From positions 1 to 51,010 of the forward strand of contig CAZRVE010000003.1 of assembly GCA_964603485.1 (NCBI GenBank): DNA of 51,010 bases, read 5' to 3'. Below the pieces are notes generated by a model. The model had not been told where the DNA came from. It ran no database searches and was given only the letters and a program-made list of their open reading frames with translations. Of the stretch, positions 37,819 to 46,966 are shown piece by piece. Within the stretch, counting starts at the first letter, position 1; every line of letters starts with the position of its first letter. The translations under genes and the position numbers were made by a program. Source of the stretch: an uncultured Candidatus Saccharibacteria bacterium (lineage in GTDB: Bacteria > Patescibacteriota > Minisyncoccia > Phycocordibacterales > Zambryskibacteraceae).

Positions 37819-39449
37819 AAGAAGATATAGAAAAAGTAGGTATAAAAGGTGAGATAAAGAGTGATGAGGAAACTCTCACGCTCTATAGTCATGATGCAAG
37901 TTTATGTGAAGTACGACCAAAGCTCGTTGTTTCACCAAAAGATACAGAAGATATAAAGAAGCTTGTTTTGTATGTGAAAGAAAATAAGAAAAATGATTCA
38001 AGCCTTTCTCTCACCGCACGCTCTGCAGGTACTTGTATGGCGGGGGGCTCTATAAATGATTCAATCATTATAGATTTCATGGGTCATTTTAGTGGAGTGA
38101 AGGAGATAAAAAACTCTATAGCAGAAGTGTTGCCTGGAACTTTTTATCGAGATTTCGAGAAAGAGACTCTTAAGCAGAGTCTTCTCTTGCCTTGCTACAC
38201 TGCATCAAAAAATATTTGTGCTATTGGAGGGATGATTGGAAATAACGCTGCAGGAGAAAAGACTCTTCTTTACGGAAAGATGGAGAATTTTGTTGAATCT
38301 TTGAAGATGGTGCTTTCTGATGGTAATGAATATGAGTTTAGGGCGCTCTCTAAAGAAGGGTTGGACAAGAAGCTCGCGCTCGAGAATTTTGAGGGTGAAA
38401 TCTATCGAAATATTTGGAACCTTATCCAAGAGAAGGGGGATCTTATAAAGAAAAGTAAACCAACTGTTTCCAAAAACTCTGCGGGTTATTTTATTTGGAA
38501 TGTGTGGGATGGGAAGAAGTTTGACCTCACCAAGCTTTTTGTGGGTTCTCAGGGAACTCTTGGAATTAACACTGGGGCACGATTGCGTCTTGTTCCTGTA
38601 AAACCTAAGTCTAAACTCTTTGTGATTTTTATGAGTGATCTCAAAAATCTTTCTCGCTTAGTAAATGATATTCTGACACTACATCCAGAAAGTCTCGAGT
38701 CATATGATGACGATACTCTTAAACTTGCGGTACGATTTTTCCCGGAAATGCTAAAATCAATGAAGATTAAAAATTTCTTGAAATTAATTCTCTCTTTTAT
38801 CCCTGAGTCGCTTATGATTCTCCGGGGTGGGGTACCAAAGCTTATCTTACTTGTTGAATTTTGTGGGAATAACGAGGAAGAGATTGATACAAAGATGCGT
38901 CTTCTTCAAGAAAAAGTAAGGCCTTATGGGCTTGAGACAAGACTCACCCACTCTCAAGAAGAATCAGAGAAATACTGGACCATTAGAAGAGAGAGCTTCA
39001 ACCTGCTTCGAAAGCATATAAAAGGAAAGAGGACTGCGCCTTTCGTTGATGATGTAATTGTGAGTCCAGAGTATTTACCTGAATTCTTGCCAAGAATGAG
39101 GAAGATTTTAGATGAGTATAAACTGACCTACACTATTGCGGGCCATGCAGGAAATGGCAATTTCCATATTATTCCTTTGATGGATATGAAGGATGAGAGA
39201 AATCACAGGGCAGTTCTCGAGGTGTCTGAAAAGGTCTATTCGCTCGTAGGGGAGTATGGAGGCTCTATTACCGCTGAGCATAATGACGGGATTATAAGGA
39301 CGCCGTACCTTAGCAAGATGTATTCGAAAGAGGTTTTAGATGTTTTCACTCAAATCAAGAAGATATTTGATCCAATGGGTATTTTTAATCCTGGAAAAAA
39401 GGTTGGGATAGATTTGGAATATTTGAAAAAGCACCTTGCAAAGCAGTAA
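37815..39449 (+). CDS. FAD-linked oxidase (GlcD / D-lactate dehydrogenase family)
   Basis: YSHDAS, TARSAGTCMAG, IGGMIGNNAAG, GSQGTLG, GHAGNGNFH, GSITAEHNDG, FDPMGIFNPGK. Confidence 0.9.
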   Translation: MKEDIEKVGIKGEIKSDEETLTLYSHDASLCEVRPKLVVSPKDTEDIKKLVLYVKENKKNDSSLSLTARSAGTCMAGGSINDSIIIDFMGHFSGVKEIKNSIAEVLPGTFYRDFEKETLKQSLLLPCYTASKNICAIGGMIGNNAAGEKTLLYGKMENFVESLKMVLSDGNEYEFRALSKEGLDKKLALENFEGEIYRNIWNLIQEKGDLIKKSKPTVSKNSAGYFIWNVWDGKKFDLTKLFVGSQGTLGINTGARLRLVPVKPKSKLFVIFMSDLKNLSRLVNDILTLHPESLESYDDDTLKLAVRFFPEMLKSMKIKNFLKLILSFIPESLMILRGGVPKLILLVEFCGNNEEEIDTKMRLLQEKVRPYGLETRLTHSQEESEKYWTIRRESFNLLRKHIKGKRTAPFVDDVIVSPEYLPEFLPRMRKILDEYKLTYTIAGHAGNGNFHIIPLMDMKDERNHRAVLEVSEKVYSLVGEYGGSITAEHNDGIIRTPYLSKMYSKEVLDVFTQIKKIFDPMGIFNPGKKVGIDLEYLKKHLAKQ

Positions 39450-39503
39450 GGGGAAAGTCTCAGTGGGGTTGATTTTTATCTGGAACCCAATATAATGCTC
39501 CCC

Positions 39504-40160
39504 ATGCTTCAACTCAATACAAAAAAGAGGGATGTAAAGGAAGACCTCGAGGAGATTCGAGAGAGTGGCTTTATGCCCGCTGTCTTTTATGGCAAGAAGG
39601 CTCCTTCGACTCCTATTTCAATTAATAAAGTAGAATTTCTTAAAGTTTGGAAGCAGGCTGGTGAATCTGCGGTGGTTTCTCTTTCAGGTGACGATACGAA
39701 AGTTGATGCCCTTATTCAGGAAGTTCTTCTTGATCCCGTGACCGGCGAGCCAAAGCATGCTGATTTCTACGTGTTTGATAAGGATAAGAAGATTGAAATT
39801 TCTATACCTCTTGAATTCGTAGGGGTTGCTCCTGGGGTGAAAGACCTTGGAGGACTTCTCGTGAAGGTAATGTATGAAATTAAAATTGAAGCTTTACCTC
39901 AGGATCTTCCTCAGCAGATTGAGGTAGACATATCAGGACTAACTGAATTTGGAAGTCAGATTCACGCAAGTGATATCGTGTTGCCAAAAGGTGTGACTCT
40001 ACTTGAACAACCTGAAGAAGTGGTGGTTTTGGTTGACGCTCCAAAAGAAGAAGTTGAGACAGAGGCCGCTCCAATTGATTTCTCTGCTATTGAAGTTGAG
40101 AAGAAAGGAAAGGAGAAGGATGGAGCGGCAGGAGAAGAGGAAGCCCCTGCGGGAGAATAA
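39504..40160 (+). CDS. rplY: 50S ribosomal protein L25 (long Ctc form)
   Basis: PAVFYG, HADFY, IPLEFVGVAPGVK..GG, LPQQIEVDISGL; terminator at 40185-40208. Confidence 0.93.
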   Translation: MLQLNTKKRDVKEDLEEIRESGFMPAVFYGKKAPSTPISINKVEFLKVWKQAGESAVVSLSGDDTKVDALIQEVLLDPVTGEPKHADFYVFDKDKKIEISIPLEFVGVAPGVKDLGGLLVKVMYEIKIEALPQDLPQQIEVDISGLTEFGSQIHASDIVLPKGVTLLEQPEEVVVLVDAPKEEVETEAAPIDFSAIEVEKKGKEKDGAAGEEEAPAGE

Positions 40161-40275
40161 TCACACTACATATTTTAGGAAAGAAAAAGACGGCTTTGGC
40201 CGTCTTTTCTCTATGAGGGATAGTTTTTTTAGGGTAAAATAAAACTCTCAATTTCTCAATAGATCTTATATTTTA

Positions 40276-41670
40276 ATGAAAGACCTCTCTAGATTTTGTA
40301 TGTACGTATTTTTCTTGTGGGCACTAATATTTACTGTGCCTTTTTCCCATAACGTAGCGTATGCTCTTACGGAGAGTGAAATTGCAGCTCAGGAGGCGAA
40401 GTTGAAAGCCGAATATTCAGAGCTCGAAAAGGAAATTGCTCAATGGCAGTCTGTGCTCACTGAAACTCGAAAAAAGGCAAATAGCCTGGACGGCGACGTG
40501 AAAGTTTTGAATGCAAAGATAAAAGAAGCAGAGGCTACTATAAAAGCGAAGAACCTCGCAATTAATCAGATTTCTAAAGATATTAGTTCAAAGAGTTACA
40601 AAATTGCCGAACTGGAGAGTCGTATCAATGAGGGAAAAGCTTCACTGGCTCAGCTTATAAGAAAGACGAATGAGATAGATTCATACTCATTACCTGAGGT
40701 TATCTTTGGAAGTAGAAATATATCAGAGTTTTTTGAAGATTTGGATTCTTTTACTGCAATAAAAAAAGCGATGCAGGAGCACTTTACTGTAGTGCGTGAA
40801 GTAAAGGCTCTTACTGAAGAGGAAAAGAAACAGCTTGATTTAAAGAAAAACCAAGAAGCAGACGCTCGTTATGTGGTTGAGACTCGAAAGAAGACCATTG
40901 CCCAGAGTGAGGCAGAAAAGAAGCAATTACTTGCTGCGACAAAGCAGGAAGAGAAGAACTACCAGACAGTTCTTGCAGAGCGCCAAGCTCGTGCTGCGCA
41001 GATTCGAGCTGCACTCTTTCGACTTCGAGATACAGAGGGTATTCCTTTTGGTAAAGCGCTCGAGTATGCCAATAATGCGGGGCAGAGGACGGGGATACGC
41101 CCTGCGCTCATTCTTGCAATTCTCACTCAGGAATCTGACTTGGGTAAGAACCAGGGCTCATGCCTCCTTTCAGATCTTGAGACAGGAAATGGAGTTGGTA
41201 AAAATACAGGTACTGTCTTCGAGCAGGTCATGAAAGCTCCTCGTGACACCGTGCCGTTTGGCAATATCACTCAAAGGCTTGGGAGGGATTGGAAAATGAC
41301 GCCAGTCTCATGTCCTCCTGGGACGAAATATGTAGTCGGTCGAGGCTTCGGTGGTGGTATGGGGCCTTCGCAGTTTATTCCTTCAACATGGGAGCTCTTT
41401 AAGGCTCGCATTGGGGCAACAGTTGGGGTGAGCGCAGATCAAGCAAATCCATGGGATCCAGAGCATGCATTCGTCGCGACTGCGATATACATGTCAGATT
41501 TGGGAGCGACTGCTTCAAGCTTTACATCCGAAAGAAATGCAGCGTGTAGGTATTATTCTGGGGCAAGTTGTCAGCCGGGCAGGAAGCCTGCCAATGTTTT
41601 CTATGGAGATCAAGTAATGCAAAAAGCTGAAGAAATTCAAGCTAATATTGATTTTCTTAAGGGGGTGTAG
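40276..41670 (+). CDS. Secreted coiled-coil protein with C-terminal lytic transglycosylase-like domain
   Basis: Signal peptide, long CwlO/PcsB-like coiled coil, ILAILTQES (catalytic Glu), GGMGPSQFIPSTW, ANPWDPEHAF. Confidence 0.85.
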   Translation: MKDLSRFCMYVFFLWALIFTVPFSHNVAYALTESEIAAQEAKLKAEYSELEKEIAQWQSVLTETRKKANSLDGDVKVLNAKIKEAEATIKAKNLAINQISKDISSKSYKIAELESRINEGKASLAQLIRKTNEIDSYSLPEVIFGSRNISEFFEDLDSFTAIKKAMQEHFTVVREVKALTEEEKKQLDLKKNQEADARYVVETRKKTIAQSEAEKKQLLAATKQEEKNYQTVLAERQARAAQIRAALFRLRDTEGIPFGKALEYANNAGQRTGIRPALILAILTQESDLGKNQGSCLLSDLETGNGVGKNTGTVFEQVMKAPRDTVPFGNITQRLGRDWKMTPVSCPPGTKYVVGRGFGGGMGPSQFIPSTWELFKARIGATVGVSADQANPWDPEHAFVATAIYMSDLGATASSFTSERNAACRYYSGASCQPGRKPANVFYGDQVMQKAEEIQANIDFLKGV

Positions 41671-41698
41671 GGGTAGACTTTCGTGTTATTATAGACTG

Positions 41699-41967
41699 AG
41701 GAAGCTCACTTTTTACTCTAGGAGGTGTATATGTAGATGCCTTTCAAAGCCTAGTTCATCCAAGTCTCCGTCGGCCTTGCCACTTGATGCCGAGCTTGGG
41801 ATAGGCATGGCGTACACAACCTACTCTCTGCGTCCGTCGGTCCTCCAACTCGGGGTCGAGCAGAGGATTCACAAAAGAAGTGGAATAGAGTTTGGCTCCT
41901 AACCACGGAACCTAAACCCTAATATTTCAATTGTGTCTTTGGTCCGGGGTGTTTCCCGGGCTTTTTT
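41699..41967 (+). ncRNA. Candidate structured small RNA or start-stop ORF transcript
   Basis: TG-N-TATTAT at 41684-41692; AGGAGG followed by ATG-TAG; paired stems; terminator gtccgggg-tgtt-tcccgggc-tttttt; no credible ORF. Confidence 0.4.
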
Positions 41968-42019
41968 CTTGCATATTGCATATATAGGCATATTCTGGTA
42001 TATTCTCCCTCACTTATAT

Positions 42020-42238
42020 ATGAAGAAAGATTTACATCCAACTTATTTCGAAAACGCCACCGTCGTCTGTGCCTGCGGGAATACTTTTTCTATTGGTTCT
42101 ACTAAGGAAAAGATAGAAGTGGAAATCTGCAGTGCGTGCCACCCATTCTATACAGGAAACGATAAGGTAATTGACTCTGCGGGTCGCGTTGAGAAGTTTA
42201 AGACAAAGAGAGCTCAGGCGGTTGCAAAGAAAAAGTAA
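42020..42238 (+). CDS. rpmE: 50S ribosomal protein L31 (Zn-binding type)
   Basis: [30 protein letters not shown]. Confidence 0.96.
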   Translation: MKKDLHPTYFENATVVCACGNTFSIGSTKEKIEVEICSACHPFYTGNDKVIDSAGRVEKFKTKRAQAVAKKK

Positions 42239-42246
42239 GGAGCGAT

Positions 42247-42277
42247 AAATAAGCGGGCCATCTGGTCCGCTTATTTT
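42247..42277 (+). terminator. Intrinsic terminator
   Basis: aaataagcgggcca-tc-tggtccgcttatttt. Confidence 0.75.
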
Positions 42278-42298
42278 CTTTTGGGATACAATACACAC

Positions 42299-43285
42299 AT
42301 GAAGTATGAGGATATAGAAAAATATAAAAATAATCCAAAAACTGCTTTTCTTATAGAGCAGTATCAGAGACTTACCCAAGAAGAAGGGGAGGTGAAAAAG
42401 ATGCTTGAGAATGACCCAAGTATGTCAGCACTCGGCGAAGATGAGATCAAAAATATTACCCTCCAAAAAGATGCGATTGTTGGGCAGATTGATGAGATTG
42501 TGAAGTCAGAAGAAAAAGAAGAGGAATTTCCTAACGAGATTGTACTTGAAGTTCGGGCTGGGGTTGGAGGAGAGGAAGCGGCTTTATTTGCAGAGAAGCT
42601 TTCTTTAATGTATCGCAAGTATGCTGAAATTCGTGGATGGGGTGTTTCAGTGGTGGATGAATCAAAGACGGCACTGGGCGGTTATAAGGAAGCTTCTTTT
42701 GAGATTCGTGGTAAAGGGGTGTATGAGAGTTTAAGGTATGAGACTGGAGTACACCGAATTCAGCGTATTCCTGCTACTGAGAAGTCCGGAAGAGTTCACA
42801 CTTCCACTGCATCAGTTGCCATCCTTCCTATCCGCAAGAAAGTTAAGATGGAAATTAACCCTGCTGATCTGCACATTGAGACATCACGGTCAGGAGGTGC
42901 TGGTGGACAGAACGTTAACAAAGTAGAGACCGCCGTTCGTATCGTGCACATTCCTACAAACATCGATGTACGGTCTACATCAGAAAGAAGCCAGGGTGCC
43001 AACCGTGAAAAAGCAATGACTATTCTTTTTGCTAAACTTGAGGCGCTTAAAGAAGAGGAGGAAAGTAAAAAGTTTTCTCAGGATAGGAAGGATCAGATTG
43101 GAACCGGGGATCGTTCTGAAAAAATTCGTACTTATAACGTCCTTCAGGATAGGGTCACTGATCACAGGATAAAAGAGTCGTGGCATAACATAGAGGCTAT
43201 TTTCCGAGGCGAGATTGATCCAATTCTCGAGGCTCTTAAGGGGAGAAGTCAGGAAAAAGCGACCTCCCCGGGAGATATTGCGTAA
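42299..43285 (+). CDS. prfA: Peptide chain release factor 1
   Basis: LEVRAGVGGEEA, GVHRIQRIPATE (RF1 PxT motif), GAGGQNVNK, RSEKIRTYN; start ATG 42299. Confidence 0.95.
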   Translation: MKYEDIEKYKNNPKTAFLIEQYQRLTQEEGEVKKMLENDPSMSALGEDEIKNITLQKDAIVGQIDEIVKSEEKEEEFPNEIVLEVRAGVGGEEAALFAEKLSLMYRKYAEIRGWGVSVVDESKTALGGYKEASFEIRGKGVYESLRYETGVHRIQRIPATEKSGRVHTSTASVAILPIRKKVKMEINPADLHIETSRSGGAGGQNVNKVETAVRIVHIPTNIDVRSTSERSQGANREKAMTILFAKLEALKEEEESKKFSQDRKDQIGTGDRSEKIRTYNVLQDRVTDHRIKESWHNIEAIFRGEIDPILEALKGRSQEKATSPGDIA

Positions 43286-43321
43286 AAGGAGAGCCTCTGT
43301 TAGAATTGTGCCCACGTTTCT

Positions 43322-44059
43322 ATGGCAGACCAACTTACAAAAACTGAATCAAAGAATATCGAGACCCTCTTCTCTGTAGGGGCTCATTTTGGCCTTATTC
43401 GTTCTCGAAGGCACCCTTCAGCAAAGCCGTATATATTTGGTATAAAAAATAAGATAGAAATCTTTGATTTGGAGAAGACTGACTTACTATTAGAGAAAGC
43501 GAAGGATTTTATTCGTGATCAGGTAAAAGCAGGAGGACTTATCCTTTTCGTGGGTGGAAAGAATGAGGCACAAAGTGCAGTTCAGGCAGGTGGTCAAAAA
43601 TCTCTCATGCCATACGTCGCTTCACGATGGCTCGGTGGAACCCTTACTAATTTTCCTGAGATAAAGAAGCGCATTGCGCGTCTTGAGGATCTTACTTCTC
43701 AGAAAGATAAGGGAGAGCTTGGAAAATATACAAAGAAAGAGAGACTTCTCATTGATCGAGAAATCGAAACTCTTAATAAATCCTTTTCCGGCATCTCTTC
43801 AATGCGCACTCTTCCAAAGGCACTTTTTGTGATTGATCCAAAGCGTGAGCATATTGCAGTTCGAGAGGCGCACCGTCTTCACATTCCAGTTGTCGCGCTT
43901 GCGAGTTCGGATTGTGATATGAGAGATGTCGAGTATCCAATCCCTGGTAATGATGCGTCTATGATGAGTATCGCTCATTTTGTAGAGGAGATCGTTCTTG
44001 CTATTGAGGCAGGAAAGGCTCTTATCGGCAAGGAAGAGAAATCGGGGGCTACTTCATAA
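43322..44059 (+). CDS. rpsB: 30S ribosomal protein S2
   Basis: GAHFG, RWLGGTLTNF, YPIPGND. Confidence 0.96.
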   Translation: MADQLTKTESKNIETLFSVGAHFGLIRSRRHPSAKPYIFGIKNKIEIFDLEKTDLLLEKAKDFIRDQVKAGGLILFVGGKNEAQSAVQAGGQKSLMPYVASRWLGGTLTNFPEIKKRIARLEDLTSQKDKGELGKYTKKERLLIDREIETLNKSFSGISSMRTLPKALFVIDPKREHIAVREAHRLHIPVVALASSDCDMRDVEYPIPGNDASMMSIAHFVEEIVLAIEAGKALIGKEEKSGATS

Positions 44060-44112
44060 GTAACAATACCCTTCGTGGTATTTTTGTTTTTTTCCATTTA
44101 CAATATTTACGT

Positions 44113-44697
44113 ATGATCACAACAGAACAAGTAAAGGCGCTTCGAGAAAGGACAGGACTCTCAATTATGCAGTGTCGCAAGGCGCTTGAAGAAGCTCAAG
44201 GAGACATGGATAAGGCGATTGTCATCTTAAGAAAGAGCTCTGCTGCTATTGCAGATAAAAAATCTGAAAGAACTCTGGGATCAGGAACAATTGCTTCTTA
44301 TATCCATGGAGCGGGGAGCGTTGGTGCAATAGTAGAGCTCTCTTGCGAGACAGACTTTGTAGCTAAAAATGAAGAATTTAAGGCTCTTGCGTATGATCTT
44401 GCAATGCAGGTTGCGGCAACTGACCCTCAGTTCTTAAAGATGGAAGATATAAATGATGACGCAAAGAAGGCCGCTACTGAGGTTTTTACTGATGAAGCGA
44501 AAGATAAGCCAGAAGATATCCGAGCTAAGATTATTGAAGGCAAGCTTCTCTCTTATTTCGGAGAAAAAACCCTTCTTGAGCAAGATTTCATCAAGAATGG
44601 TGAGATGAAAGTAAAGGATCTAATTACGGGTGCGGTTCAGAAATTTGGAGAAAGAATTGAGGTTCGTAGGTTCGTTCGGTTCTCGACGGGTAGCTAA
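44113..44697 (+). CDS. tsf: Elongation factor Ts (short form)
   Basis: VKALRERTGLSIMQCRKAL, ELSCETDFVAKN, LLEQDFIK, RFVRF. Confidence 0.95.
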   Translation: MITTEQVKALRERTGLSIMQCRKALEEAQGDMDKAIVILRKSSAAIADKKSERTLGSGTIASYIHGAGSVGAIVELSCETDFVAKNEEFKALAYDLAMQVAATDPQFLKMEDINDDAKKAATEVFTDEAKDKPEDIRAKIIEGKLLSYFGEKTLLEQDFIKNGEMKVKDLITGAVQKFGERIEVRRFVRFSTGS

Positions 44698-44701
44698 CAA
44701 C

Positions 44702-45100
44702 ATGCTTACTTACACATTCGCCTTTTCTTTTGTTGGAGTTTTTGGAATGATTTTCCTCAAAGCCTACGAGAACCGAAGGCGTCGTAGGGTTTTTATTTCA
44801 AACCTTCTTTCACAGTTTGATAGAGTGTTACTTGTGCGCCTGCAGGAAGCAAGAGGGGTTTTCTTTAAAAAAAGAGACCACGTGTATTTCTTTCTTAGAG
44901 ATACCGCCCCAAGACATGCGCGCTATATGGTCTTCGTGCTCAAGAAGACAATTGAGGAAAAATATGATAACTTTTTCCCGAATATGCGTGGGAGTCGAAT
45001 TCTTCGAAAGAATGGGGACGTTTCGTCATTTTTGAGAGATATTGCGAAGCATAAGCAGGAGCAGGGAGGGGGAAGGATAGAAGACGAGAATATCCTTTAA
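44702..45100 (+). CDS. Hypothetical membrane-anchored basic protein
   Basis: ATG 44702, 4 nt after the tsf stop; N-terminal TM; VSSFLRDI motif near the C-terminus. Confidence 0.65.
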   Translation: MLTYTFAFSFVGVFGMIFLKAYENRRRRRVFISNLLSQFDRVLLVRLQEARGVFFKKRDHVYFFLRDTAPRHARYMVFVLKKTIEEKYDNFFPNMRGSRILRKNGDVSSFLRDIAKHKQEQGGGRIEDENIL

Positions 45101-45147
45101 TCTTGTCTGTTCGATAGGTAATATATAAGTTAGCGGAAGTGAAGTGT

Positions 45148-45317
45148 GCGACCCTAGCTGTCTTGGTAGGTATGAAGCCAAGATAACAAGGAAAGATAAA
45201 TACGCCGCTTTAGCTGTCTTGGTAGGTATGAAGCCAGGATGATAGGGTAAAGTGAGAATATGTCATCTTAGCTGTCTTGGTAGGTATGAAGCCAAGATAA
45301 CAAGGAAAGATAAATAC
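45148..45317 (+). repeat. Three tandem 56-58 bp units with tRNA-5'-like starts, directly upstream of tRNA-Thr
   Basis: Core TAGCTGTCTTGGTAGGTATGAAGCCA(A/G)GAT at 45155, 45211 and 45269; the tRNA's own TAGCT is at 45325. Confidence 0.9.
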
Positions 45318-45390
45318 GCCACCTTAGCTCAGTTGGTAGAGCAGCTGTTTTGTAAACAGCAGGTCGTCAGTTCAAGCCTGACAGGTGGCT
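45318..45390 (+). tRNA. tRNA-Thr (anticodon TGT)
   Basis: GCCACCT/AGGTGGC acceptor stem; D-arm GCTC-AGTTGGTA-GAGC; anticodon arm GCTGT-TTTGTAA-ACAGC; T-arm GTCAG-TTCAAGC-CTGAC. Confidence 0.96.
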
Positions 45391-45430
45391 CTCGGAAAAC
45401 ATTTTGTGAATCTTTCTCCTACAATGAATC

Positions 45431-46963
45431 ATGGATTACAGACACTCACCATATTTTAGCGTCGGACGGGCTTCCGACCTTTCAGGAAGCGATAGACTGC
45501 TTTATAGAAGCCTTGAGATGCTTCCTGGAATTCTTGCGTGGGGTACAATTCTTGGGACCATCGTCGCTTCTTTTTTTGTTCCTGTATGGGCAGCGTATTT
45601 TATTATTGCCTTCGATCTTTACTGGCTTCTAAAGAATGCATACTTGTCGATCCATCTTCGACATAACTGGAAGAGAATAAAATATAATTTATCGCTTGAT
45701 TGGAAAGCGATGCTTGCAAATACGAAATATGAACATGTTCTCCATCTCGTAATTTTACCTTTTTATACTGAGAACCTTTCGGTCGTAGAGCAAAGTATCA
45801 AAGCACTTGCAGAAGTTAATTATGATCATAAAAAGATTGCGGTCGTATTGGCAAGTGAAGAAAGTGCTGGCGCGGGAGCCCAAGAGATTGCAAATGCAGT
45901 TCAAAATAAATATGGGCATGTGTTTGGCCATTTTCTTATCACTACACACCCAAAGGGCTTACCAGGAGAAATGCCTGGCAAAGGATCAAATATTTCCTAT
46001 GCGGCTGAGCAAGCGCGAATAAAAATTCTTGATCCGAACTCACTTTTGTATGAAGAGGTATTGGTTTCTGCTTTTGATATAGATACTGTTGCGTATCCAA
46101 ATTATTTCCTCTGTCTTACCTGGCATTTCTTAACTACTCCAAATCCTCACAAGGTTTCTTTTCAGCCGGTTCCTTTTTATAACAATAATATTTGGCACGT
46201 CCCCGCACTTTCTCGAGTTGTTGCAGCCTCAAGTACTTTTTGGCAGATGATTCAACAAGAGCGGCCAGAAAAGCTTGCAACATTTTCCTCTCACTCAGTT
46301 TCCTTTAAGTCTCTTTATGAAATAGGTTATTGGCAGAAAAATATGGTGTCTGAGGATTCAAGGATTTTCTGGAACCTTTTTCTTGCGCGGGATGGAGACT
46401 ATAGTGTAATTCCAATTTCTTACCCTGTGTCCATGGATGCAAATCTGGCACCTTCTTTTTGGCAAACTACTAAGAATATTTATAAACAACATCGTCGCTG
46501 GTCTTGGGGGGCAGAAAACATTCCTTACATTTTGCTGGGCTTTATAAAAAACAAAAAGATTCCTCTCCTTACTAAGCTTAGAATGTCTTTTGTTCAAGTA
46601 GAAGGGTTTTGGTCTCTTGCTACTAATCCAATTATGATTTTCTTCCTTGGATGGCTTCCAGTTGTACTCGGCGGGGATCGGTTTAATGTTTCTATACTTT
46701 CCTACAACCTTCCGTATTTAACGAGAAACCTTATGATTATATCGATGACGGGGCTTATTTTGACGGCCGCGATATTCATTTCCTTCTTGCCTCCAATGCC
46801 AGAGAGAAGAAGTCGGTTTTCGAGAATGTATATGGGTCTTCAGTGGATTCTTATCCCGTTTACTATTCTCATTTTTGGCGCAATTCCAGGACTTGATGCG
46901 CAAACACGGTTGCTTTTCGGGAAGTATTTGGGTTTCTGGGTTACTCCAAAGCATAGAAAATAA
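45431..46963 (+). CDS. Membrane-embedded glycosyltransferase family 2 (processive-like)
   Basis: ILPFYTE, GKGSN, FDID (DxD), SED, KQHRRW (QxxRW), N- and C-terminal TM helices. Confidence 0.85.
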   Translation: MDYRHSPYFSVGRASDLSGSDRLLYRSLEMLPGILAWGTILGTIVASFFVPVWAAYFIIAFDLYWLLKNAYLSIHLRHNWKRIKYNLSLDWKAMLANTKYEHVLHLVILPFYTENLSVVEQSIKALAEVNYDHKKIAVVLASEESAGAGAQEIANAVQNKYGHVFGHFLITTHPKGLPGEMPGKGSNISYAAEQARIKILDPNSLLYEEVLVSAFDIDTVAYPNYFLCLTWHFLTTPNPHKVSFQPVPFYNNNIWHVPALSRVVAASSTFWQMIQQERPEKLATFSSHSVSFKSLYEIGYWQKNMVSEDSRIFWNLFLARDGDYSVIPISYPVSMDANLAPSFWQTTKNIYKQHRRWSWGAENIPYILLGFIKNKKIPLLTKLRMSFVQVEGFWSLATNPIMIFFLGWLPVVLGGDRFNVSILSYNLPYLTRNLMIISMTGLILTAAIFISFLPPMPERRSRFSRMYMGLQWILIPFTILIFGAIPGLDAQTRLLFGKYLGFWVTPKHRK

Positions 46964-46966
46964 AAT

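Noticed and set aside
41648-41902. 84 aa ORF in the region before rpmE
   Set aside because: It starts at a TTG inside the upstream gene, is not in the frame served by the strong SD, and has no protein-like features.
44113-44697. Truncated EF-Ts
   Set aside because: Short ~200 aa EF-Ts is a known natural form, and both the N-terminal and C-terminal motifs are present.
45148-45317. CRISPR array
   Set aside because: Only three repeats, spacers 1 and 3 are nearly identical, the repeat resembles the adjacent tRNA 5' end, and no cas genes are in the window. Kept as a tRNA-linked repeat instead.
45252-45632. 126 aa ORF across the repeats and tRNA-Thr
   Set aside because: It overlaps the tRNA and the GT2 start in another frame; spurious.
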